Shown piece after piece: positions 40,265 to 50,306 of a stretch of 64,000 bases of DNA. A program made the translations under genes and the position numbers. Below the pieces are notes generated by a model. That model saw only the letters and a program-made list of their open reading frames with translations. It searched no databases and was not told where the DNA came from. Source of the DNA: Epiperipatus broadwayi (Eukaryota > Animalia > Onychophora); contig JAQFVV010000002.1 in the NCBI GenBank assembly GCA_028023455.1, positions 11,222,001 through 11,286,000 on the forward strand. Reading direction: 5' to 3'. Position 1 is the first letter of the stretch. Every line of letters begins with the position of its first letter.

Positions 40265-40337
40265 ACTAATATATGAAACTATTATAATTATCAAATGTAG
40301 CTACCTGACACTAAATTTTTTCTTAATAAAAAAAAAA

Positions 40338-43300
40338 CAACTGAAAATACTGATAATAATGTTAGAAAAAGTAATGTTAAACCAGGAGTGACACCTAGTG
40401 ATAATAAAGTTAAAAAGAATAAATCTCTTATAGTTAAAAAATAGGGAAATATACTAAACATGTTAGTAATGATAATTGTATAGCAAGTCAATCTCTTAAT
40501 AATAAAGCTAATGTGGTTTCTTCTAAAACAAATGGAAAATCATAAATATAATATTCATTCTGTTATTGACACTAATAAGTTCAAAAAGAATAATAATGAC
40601 AAAATAATACTCAGACCTGTCTGAAATAGTGATATCAATTGATAAAGATAAGAGTAATAATAATACAAATGATAATAATAATGAAAATAAAATTAAAAGT
40701 ATATAGTAAAATAATTCTGACATGGTTACTAAATTAATGGGACAGGATGGAGAAATTAAAAATAATAATGATGGATTTATTACAGTGTCATATAAAAAGA
40801 AACACAATAGAAAAAAAGCAAATAAAATAGTCATAATGGGAATTCAAGAAAATCATAATATTTTGGCTGTAAAATTAAGAACAATTTATAAAAAAAAATT
40901 CTCATGAGAATTGATGGATAAACTTAAGCCTTCAGTTGTTTGTTATAAAATGCCATCTGAAATTAAAATTATGCTTCTTTTTACATTTCAGCAGATAAAC
41001 AATATTTAGAACATATGACAAACCCAGAGCTTTGGCCATGTGGTTCTATACTACTTTCTTTTTATGGAAGATTACATAAATCAAATTCTATGAATGAAAT
41101 GATATTTGCAAAGAGGTAAATGACACACAAATTGGATATGATAGGGTATTACAGTTACAATGTGTACATTCTGAACAAATCAGTACTGATGAATAAAAAA
41201 CTACTAAATATTTACTTACAAAATGTGAGAGGATTGCGAACAAAGTTATGTAAAATTAAGCATAAAATTTTAACAGAAGAATATGACATTATTTGTTTAA
41301 CAGAGACATGCTAAAGAAAGATATATAGATAACGAACATTTGATAGATGACAGATATCATGTTTTTAGAAGTGATAGACCAGTATGTATAGCTGCAAGAA
41401 GTAGGGGTATATTAGTTGCATTTAGGAAATATGTTACTTGTAGGTGTATACATGTCCCGGATTTCTTATTTGATGCAGTATGGATTGAAATTGAATTAAA
41501 TAATTCTAAATTATTATTGGGAAATGTGTATATTCCACCTAATGTTTTACAGGAATGTTTGAAATCAAATTTAGAAGCATTAGAGTCTTTTCTAGTTTCA
41601 TATAAGCATAAAGTATTAATTATGGGAGATTTGAACATTGCATATTATGGAAACAATGTTTTCCAAAATGTCAAATTCAATGACTTGATGCAATTATTTA
41701 AGTTTTTGGATTTAAAGCAGGTCAATGATATTTACAATAATCATGGATATTCTTTGAATTTAATAATTACAAATTATGAATTCATTCATATATAAAAATG
41801 TGAATACCCTCTAGTGACTGAAGATTATCATCATTTTCCACAGGAGATTGAATTGGAATTAAACATGAAAATAACTAAATTTAGATCTTTAACTAAAGAA
41901 AATTATGCTAGAAATGATTATTTTGGTTTGTCTGGAGAAATTAAAGATATAAACTGGGAGGAAGTTTACAACACTAAAGATGCCTCAATAGCATCAGAAA
42001 TATTTTAAAAATTATTATTTTATGTAGTAGATAGATTTATTCCAATGAAACATGTTAAATCAGCTAAATATCCTAAATGATTTTCAAACAAACTTATAAA
42101 ATGTATAAAGAGAAAGCAGTGTTTTTATAATTTGTTCAAAAAATATATAGATAGAATGTTTTTAAATACTTAAAAATTATAGATTTTTGATACGAAAATT
42201 GGAAAGATAAGATTTTCACTTGTATATGGAAAACATACAAAATAACATTAGTAACAATCCAAAGCAATTTTGGGATGTCATGAAAGGACATCTTAAAGTT
42301 AGAAATAGAGAAACAACAGTAAGTGATTTTATGAGATATTTCTCATCCCAAATGATTCATAATAATGTGTATTCACATAATTATCATTTTACTAATAATC
42401 TAATAAATAATAATAATAAGTATATGAGTATGGCTGAGATTATAATATTCATCTAAATCTTTAAAAAATAAGAGAAGTATTGCACATGATGATATACCTA
42501 TATTTATTTATAAAGATTGTATTGAGCTTTTAATTCCTGATTTAGTATATATATATATATTTAATTTGGCACTAAAAACATCTGTTTTTCCTGATTGTTG
42601 GAAAATTGCAAAAATAAGTCCAATTTATAAATCTGGGTGAAAAAATCAGATGTATCTACTTTTAGGCCAATTGTGCTAAAATATTGGGAAAATCAATTTA
42701 TAATAGGATTATACATCAATTAAAAAATATTATTCTTTCAATTATACATGTTTTTTTTACCAGGAATATCTGTAGAAACAAATTTGTTGCACATTTCAGA
42801 TGTTATAACACAAGTTATTGATTCTCAAAGTCAACTTGATGTTATTTACTAATGAAAGCAGATAAAATTGGGTTATCAATTAATCTTTTAAAATTTTTAA
42901 AGTCTTTTTTTATTAGTAGAAATAATTATTTGTATATTAATAGAGAATCTTCTTTTATGGTTACTTATGGGTGTAAAATATCCTAAGGAAGTATTTAAGT
43001 CACATTTTTTTTTGTCATTTATATTTATGATTTGGCTTTATGAAGATGATATTAAGATCTTTTTGGAGATCCAATATATAAATGATCATAAAGTATTGCA
43101 AAATTATATTAATGCTTTTTGTAATTGGTGCCATGTTAATAATATGCAAATAAATGTAAAAAAATGCAATTTGGTATCTTATACAAAGAAAACAACTATT
43201 AATAATGGTCAATATTGTGTTAATGAAAACAGAATTGCCATAAATTTTAAGCAGAAAGATCTGGGTATTATTTTCACAAGTGGTTATACATTTAATGATC

Positions 43301-43946
43301 ATATTTGGACAGTGGTTATATAAGTCTGTTAAAATTATGGGCATGATTTTGAGATGAAATATTCAATTTAAATTAGAAATATATAGGTTACTATTTGATA
43401 CATTAATTATACCTGTTCCGCATTATAGTTCTATTGTTTGGAATCCATACACTCAAACAAATATAAGTAAATTACAAAAAAAAAAAACCCAAGACAAATA
43501 TATTAAATATATTTATAAAAATAAAATGTATACTAAGAAGATAAACAGTATGTATAATAAAAGACTGTTAGCAGACATGTCATTTTTATTTAAATTAGTG
43601 CATTATGCAATTACAAAAATTTCAATTGGGATTCCAACTTATAATTCTAGATGTCATGATTTGTTTTATTTACCTATGTTGAGTCATTCCATTTATTCAC
43701 CATTGCATAAATTATAACTGGAATATAATAAAAAAATTTCAGATATTGATACTTTATCTTAAACTTTACACAAATCAAGGACAAAATAAAATCAATCTTA
43801 CATTGATATAATTAATGTAAATAGTATTTTAAACATGTCTGTATGTACTACTTTGTAATTTTATAATACAGACATGTACTACTTTGTACATGCTTGTGGC
43901 CTTGTTTGAGCTGTTTATTTATGAATAAATTGAATTATTATTATTA
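40338..43946 (+). mobile_element. CR1-type LINE #1, 3' part (ORF1 end, EN, RT, tail), decayed
   Basis: QNVRGLRTK, CLTET and IMGDLNI (EN); FRPI and QLDVIY-like RT blocks; ends AATAAATTGAATTATTATTATT. Confidence 0.85.
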
Positions 43947-44431
43947 CTTCCGGTGCTAGAAGGAGAAGGACGTGTTTTATTTTTTTGTTTAAACACTAAC
44001 GGAATTTTAGTTAAATAGCTTCTCGTTATTATTATTAATCAAGGATTGATGTGCTTATATGTATTTTTAAATCAGTTAAATCAAAGTGTATTTTTTTAAA
44101 TGTTTTTATCCTTTTCTATTGAAATAATTGATAATTGAAAACTGTAAAAGTTACTGACGTCAAAGTGATATAATATACACAGCTTTTTATTCTTAATGGA
44201 TTTTCAGTTTAGAAAGTTATTGTTCTTAATTTCTTTTCTTTGTGTGATCAAGTGTTTTCCAAGTTAAACCACTAAACAACACATGATCACCATCTCTTAT
44301 GCTAGCACATAACTGTTATTAAACAGGCAAAACTCTCCATACAGTAGTGCCATCCTGTGCCAACCAGAGTAATCAATGGAAGCCAGAAGGCTCATGCATA
44401 AAATCCCCATCTAGTGCCTATTCATCCAATA

Positions 44432-44473
44432 TCCCCAGACTAGTTTCTGACTTGTAGCCTTCGTCAGTGGGGA
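44432..44473 (-). ncRNA. Minimal type I hammerhead (family A), core intact
   Basis: TCCCCA CTGACGA AGGCTACAAGTCA GAAAC TA GTC TGGGGA: perfect stem I, palindromic ACTAGT stem III, GUC triplet. Confidence 0.85.
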
Positions 44474-44913
44474 GCCTTGGATCTGAGAGCACTGCACCTA
44501 GATCTTAGGATCTAATGCAACCCTCCAGCAGCCACCTTTTATCTCTACTTAACTACAAAACTATGAGAATAAAATTGAAAACACAATAATATTTTCAGTC
44601 TAAGCTCAATAGCTTATATGTAATATGGGTCTGAACTCAGTTGAGCACTCATACATTTTGGTGTCTTTGGCTCTTTAACAACCATAGCCACCACTATCCT
44701 ATTATGCAGGATTGGTGTTAAACACAACATCACATGATCACCATCTCTTATGCTAGCACATAACTGTTATTAAACAGGCAAGCTTAGATTGAAAATATTA
44801 TTGTTTTCCCAATTTCATTCTCATAGTTTTGTAGTTAAGTAGAGATAAAAGGTGGCTGCTGGAGGGTTGCACTAGATCCTAAGATCTAGGTGCAGTGCTC
44901 TCAGATCTAAGGA

Positions 44914-44955
44914 TCCTCACTGACAAAGCCCACAAGCCAGAAACTAGTCTGGGGA
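44914..44955 (+). ncRNA. Minimal type I hammerhead (family A), CpG-decayed core
   Basis: TCCTCA CTGACAA AGCCCACAAGCCA GAAAC TA GTC TGGGGA. Confidence 0.75.
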
Positions 44956-45645
44956 TATTGGATGAGTAGGCACTAGATCGGGGTTTTATGCACAAGCCTT
45001 CTGGCATCCATTGATTATTCTGGTTGGCACAAGGTGGCACTACTTTATGGAGAGTTTTGCCTGTTTAATAATGTTTTCCTAGTTGTTTTACCTCGGAGTA
45101 TATAATATCTCGGAGTATACAATATATTATCTTAATTAACCGATTACTACATCCTTAATTTGTAGTTTGAATAATTACTTTTATAGACATATTGGAAAGC
45201 GGCATAATTTTATTGTTATCAAAATAATATGAATTTTATAAAACTTTAATTAAAAAATAACTGATGATTGAAAACTGCATAAACTTATTGACATCAAAGT
45301 AATATAATGTGCACCGATTTTTATTCTTAATGGACTTTGAGTTTTGGAAGTTATTTTTAAAGAATATTTTTAAAGGATAAGAAAAAAGGTTATTATTTTC
45401 TTACTGAGAAAAGATTAGATTTGTTTAAAAAGTATTATAAGAATTTTGATTGGAGTCAATTAACAATTTAATATACAGTATTTAATGACATGATCGTTGA
45501 TATATGTGTGTATAAATACTATTAATATTTTAAAATTATTTAAGCCAAAATACGTTTTTTTAAAAATGTTTTTAAGATTTTCTATTGTCTATAAATAACT
45601 GATAATTGAAAACCGCATAAACTTATTGACGTCAAAGTAATATAT

Positions 45646-45755
45646 ATATATATTTTTAAGTGTCATAGCATCGGCCGGGACGCGAACCCGCAACCAGGGC
45701 AACTGCCTGCAAGTGCAAGGCAGTCACGCTGACCTCTCGACCACCAATGCAAGAC
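45646..45755 (-). mobile_element. ~110 bp tRNA-derived SINE, copy 1
   Basis: 18 bp TSD GACGTCAAAGTAATATAT (45628-45645 and 45753-45770); A box TGGTCGAGAGG, B-box-like GGTTCGCGTCC, acceptor stem GCATTGG/CCGATGC, A/AT tail. Confidence 0.85.
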
Positions 45756-46133
45756 GTCAAAGTAATATATTGTGTACAGATCTTTATTCTTAATGGACTA
45801 TGAGTTTTGGAAGTTATTTTTAAAGAATATTTTTGAAGGGGAAAAAAAGTTTATTATTTTCTTACTGGGAAAAAACTAGATTTGTGTTAAAAAGTATTAT
45901 AAGAATTTTATTTGGAGTCAATTAACAATTTAATATATTTAATGACATTATCGTTGATATCTTATATGTGTGTATTAATATTTTTTAATTAGTTACGCAA
46001 GATTTGAAATACCAAGAACTCTTAAACCTGGAGCCTAATTGTAAATATAGGGGATTTGAACTAAACTTTCAAACCACTATCCACACTATCTCATACTACT
46101 GATACATATGACCACACATATACAGAAAAGATA

Positions 46134-46194
46134 AATAATCACCAATATGAATATTTTGTGCTAAACCAGACCTCATCAGTTGGTTCAGATTACC
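46134..46194 (-). ncRNA. Type I hammerhead (family C), decayed
   Basis: GGTAATCTGAA CCAA CTGATGA GGTCTG GTT TAGCAC AAAA TATTCAT A TTGG TGATTATT. Confidence 0.75.
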
Positions 46195-46782
46195 ATCTCC
46201 CATACATATATATATAATCAGTGCTTAGTTTATATTAAGATAGCAAATCCTTACACTTTAATGAACAGACTTCAACCTACTATAACCTCCAACTCTTCAG
46301 CCATCCATACCATTGAAAATTTGATGATAGAATTCCTAAATCCCATGCTGATGCCAATATTGTTGCCATACCCATATTGACCTGAAGTCATTCTGACCCC
46401 TCACATATAAAACAGTATCCATTTAAATACATAGAGGGATGGGCAGAATGCAGGCTTAATATGTATATTTACAATTAGGCTCCAAGTATAAGAGTTCCTG
46501 GTATTTCAATTCTTACATATTAAGCCTGCATTCTGCCTATCCCTCTATGTATTTAAATGGATACTGTCCTATATGTGAGGGATCAGAGTGACTTCAGGTC
46601 AACATGGGTATGACAACAATATTGGCATCAGCATGGGATTTGGAAATCCTATCATCAGATTTTCAATGGTATGGATGGCTGAAGAGTTAGAGGTTGTAGT
46701 AGGTTGAAGCCTGTTCATTAAAATGTAAGGATTTGTTATCTTAATATAAACTGAGCACTGATTATATATGTATATGGTAGAT

Positions 46783-46843
46783 GGTGATCTGGACCAACTG
46801 ATGAGTGCTGGTTTAGCACAAAATACATATATTGGTGATTACT
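46783..46843 (+). ncRNA. Type I hammerhead (family C), GAAA changed to AAAA by CpG decay
   Basis: GGTGATCT GGA CCAA CTGATGA GTGCTG GTT TAGCAC AAAA TACATAT A TTGG TGATTACT; G10.1-C11.1 pair present. Confidence 0.8.
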
Positions 46844-47344
46844 TATCTTTTTTATATATGTGTGGTCATGTGTTTCAGTAATATGAGATAGTGTGGTTAG
46901 TGAAGTGGCTTGAAAGTCTGAGTTCAAATCCCCTATATTTTTTTTAAATGTTTTTAAGATTTTCTATTGTCTAGAAATAACTGATGATTGAAAACTGCAT
47001 AAACTTATTGATGTCAGATTAATGTAATGTGTACAGATTTTTATTCTTAATGGACTTTGAGTTTTGGAAGTTATTGTTCTTATTTCCTTATTGATTCCTT
47101 GTCTTTGTGTAATCAAGAGTTTTTTAAGTTGTTTTACCTAGGGATATTTACAAGTTAAGGAATGACAATATTTTTAAAGAATACTTTTAAAGGAAAAAAC
47201 AAGTTTATTATTTTCTTACTGGAAAAAGACTAGATTTGTGTTAAAAAGAATTGTAAGAATTTTGATTGGAGTCAATTAACAATTTAATATATTTAATGAC
47301 ATGATCGTATAAATATATAAATACTATTAACATTTTTTCTTCTG

Positions 47345-50306
47345 ATCTTTTTTTATCATCATTGTCTTATATACATTGTTTAATATTCTCAATTTTATTA
47401 TCTCATTTTGTCATTCCTTGTCTATTATGCCAATCTATTATTTATGGAAGGCAAAAATCTTTGAAATGTTCTGGACCCTGTGGTTTGAAATATCACTTAG
47501 ATTGTTTTAATTCTGTTAATAATAAGGATTGTAGGGGGCCTGTTTTTATATGTGATTATTGTAAGATTTCTCTTAATATTTTTTTTCAGTCATCTTTTTC
47601 AAATTCATCAATTTCTGATTCAGATTATCCCTCTATGACTACTATAGCTAATCAACTTATTCCTGATAAAAATAAAATTCCAGACATTACCTTTTGTCAT
47701 AGTTGTTCTTTGATTATTTCTTATGCAACCCTGAGAATTAAGTGTTCTGGTCAACATCAAAAATATTTTCATTTGTCTGGAACTAAACTATCTAAATCTG
47801 ATGCTTTTTTAAATGTCAGGCTTATAATGATATAACTTCCAGTATAACATTTTCAGATGTTGATAATGAACTTCTTAATTAATTGGTAATGGATAATGAC
47901 TCAACAAAGTCATTGGCCAATAAGATCATGGATTTAGATTCAAAAGACAATAAGTGTAACTTGATCGAACCTATGGTTTCTGATAGTCACATTTCAAGTA
48001 CTGATTATGATATATTTACTAAAGAAAACTCAGATTTGATAGTAATGTGTTCTTATGATAATATTTCAGTCCAGGTTATTAAAGAAAATTCTAATGATTA
48101 TAATGAATTAGATTATATTTCTAAATCTAATACTAGATTATCAGATGTTGTGAAGACAAGTGCTACCAATCATTTGATAATTCTGATAATGGTTCTATAC
48201 CAGTACAAAGGAGTAAAACTGATAGTGCTGTAAATAGCTCTACTTTTGCTAATGTGCAGGATGAATTGATTTATGAGGCTAACAGTAATCTTCCTTATGC
48301 AACTAATTCTATTATTACATCCACAGGAATGTTTGAATCTTTTTCTGTTGATTTAAACTGCATGGATAAATGCCTTAATGATATTATTTCATATCCTGAA
48401 CATTTCACTTTAGAGGTTTTACAATCTTATTCTATGTCACAAATTCATTCTTTGATTATTAAGATGTCTCAACTTTGTAATAAACCATTGAATTGTTCTT
48501 TTAATTTTAGCAAAGGTATTCAATGCTCTCTTCCTTCTGTCAAATCAACTTGTTTTTCCAAAGTGGGTTCAAATAAAACCAGGATATTTTACAATAAAAA
48601 CTTTGATAATACATATCATGAAAAGCATGATACTGGTAATAATATTGGTTTATATGGTAACAAAAGTTATAATAATATAAAAAATGTTGTAAACAATTAT
48701 ACTAGTTCAGAGTATCAATCATTTGTTAAAAAAGATAAAACTTGTTATGAGACTGGAGTAAAAGGTCTAACTTTTCATATAAATCATAGGGATGTTTTAC
48801 TTTGCAAAAAAACACATTAAAACAAAAATGATTTTATGGATAAAACACAACTTTATCACAACAAGGGAAATTGTATTGTATCTTATAAATGGTGGCCTTC
48901 TAATTTTGTTTCATCAATATATTCTTCTAACACCTCTTCTCCTTTTCAGCAATTTTCTAATAGAAAATTATCAATTAAACAGCTTAGCAAAGAGAATAAT
49001 TTACCCCAAAATTTTAGTCTAAATTCAAATAAATTTTATAATAAAAAATTTAGTAATTATTCTTCTAAATTTAGACAAAATATTTCTAAAGATAATGATG
49101 AACTCAAGTTTAAAGGTCCAATTTCTTATAGAGGTTCTAATAATAGTAACTGTTCATTATTAATTAAGGATAATGATAAATATTTGATTTCAAATATGGC
49201 AGTAATTGTTAAATCTACTGATATAAAGAGATTTTTGGAAGACAAACTTCAGGTTAAAGTCATATGTATTAGGATTAATATGTTAAATTCTAATACTAGT
49301 AGTTTTTTTGTTTCAATTCCCAAACATAAACATTGGGAGTTTATTTTGAATCATTTATGGCCTTGCAGTACTGCATTAAGTTTTTTTTATGGCTCATTGG
49401 CTAGTTCATTAATACTTTCTGAGTAATTTCTTTTGCCAACATCATCCTTTATTAACTTTTTTTTTCTCTTGATGATTATTTGTTATTTTATATTTTTTGA
49501 TATTATGCTTGGACTTTATTGTTTTTACATAAACATTCATGGGACGAGAACTAAGACTGCAAAAATTAACCAATTCTTCAGTTCTGAAAATTTTGATATT
49601 GTTTTTATTTCAGAAACTTGGCTTACATGTCAGATGATATTTTTATGGACAATAGATATAAAGTACTTCAAACAGACAGATCCTCTAATGTTGCTTCCAA
49701 AAGTGGAGGCATGCTCATTGCCTTTAAATGTAATTTTATACATAAGTATATTTCTATTTCATCATCATTTTATGAGGCTACATGGTGTGAAATATGTTTG
49801 GAAAATAGTGTCAAATTTCTTTTGGTTACTATTTACATTAAGCCATCATTATCCTTTTTAGAGTTTAATGAGTTTCTTTGTGTTCTTGAAGACTTTTTAA
49901 TCAAATACAAATCATATATAGTTATTACTGATGATCTTAATATTCCTGATTTATATTCAGGTAATATTATCAAAGATTCAGTCTCATTTTCCCCTAAAGC
50001 ATTCAGATCGATTCAGTTTTGCAATTTGTTAAATCTAAAACAATTTAATCCATACACCAATTTTCAATGATCACATGTTTGATTATATTCTTAGTAATTT
50101 TCCTACAACTGAATGTTTAACTACTTTTTCTTTTCCTTTTTCCATTGATTTCCATCATCCTCCCTTAGAATTTTATATTAATATTAAATTTAATAGACTT
50201 TGTCCCTTTAAAATTATGAAAAGAAACTACAAAAAGAGAAATTATTGTGGTCTTTGTTTACAATTATTAACTTTAACTGGAAAAATTTATATTCTTCATC
50301 AGATAT
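47345..50306 (+). mobile_element. CR1-type LINE #2, 5' part (PHD-finger ORF1, endonuclease), decayed
   Basis: CLLC..C.GPCG..YHLDC...FICDYC; NIHGTRTK, FISETW, ITDDLNI and IDFHHPPL. Confidence 0.85.

Larger units (their letters stand above)
35377..40337 (+). mobile_element. Near-intact L1/Tx1-clade LINE nested in CR1 #1
   Basis: ORF1 + ORF2 (EN, RT, zinc finger), ~60 nt 3' UTR, AATAAA merging into an A tail at 40325-40337. The 5' end is inferred from restoring the host frame; the insertion is in an A run with no clear TSD. Confidence 0.9.
44272..45071. mobile_element. Family A hammerhead element: 451 nt monomer with ~50 nt terminal redundancy + inverted 290 nt arm
   Basis: ACATGATCACC...AAACAGGCAA at 44281 and 44732; 44782-45071 is the reverse complement of ~44315-44605. 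Confidence 0.9.
45997..46939. mobile_element. Family C hammerhead element: head-to-head dimer of two full ~470 nt monomers in different circular permutations
   Basis: Minus copy 45997-46464, plus copy 46464-46939. The block 46464-46516 begins the plus copy but ends the minus copy (45997-46050). Confidence 0.9.
43950..47340. repeat. Array of ~340 bp modules (3 full + 1 partial) interrupted by two hammerhead elements and a SINE
   Basis: AACTGATGATTGAAAACTGCATAAACTTATTGACGTCAAAG...GAGTTTTGGAAGTTATT recurs at ~44125, 45258, 45598 and 46978. Confidence 0.75.

Noticed and set aside
45258-45280. CTGATGATTGAAAAC in the 340 bp modules as a hammerhead
   Set aside because: No stem II, stem III or stem I can be formed, and other module copies read CTGATAA or TTGATAA.
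45660-45755. Functional tRNA gene (also 50855-50950)
   Set aside because: No 7 nt anticodon loop, C at position 58, and flanking TSDs with A tails; treated as SINEs.
46885-46933. tRNA-like A/B boxes at the family C 3' end (TGGTTAGTG...GAGTTCAAATC)
   Set aside because: No cloverleaf, and the motif is not conserved in the 21 kb copies.
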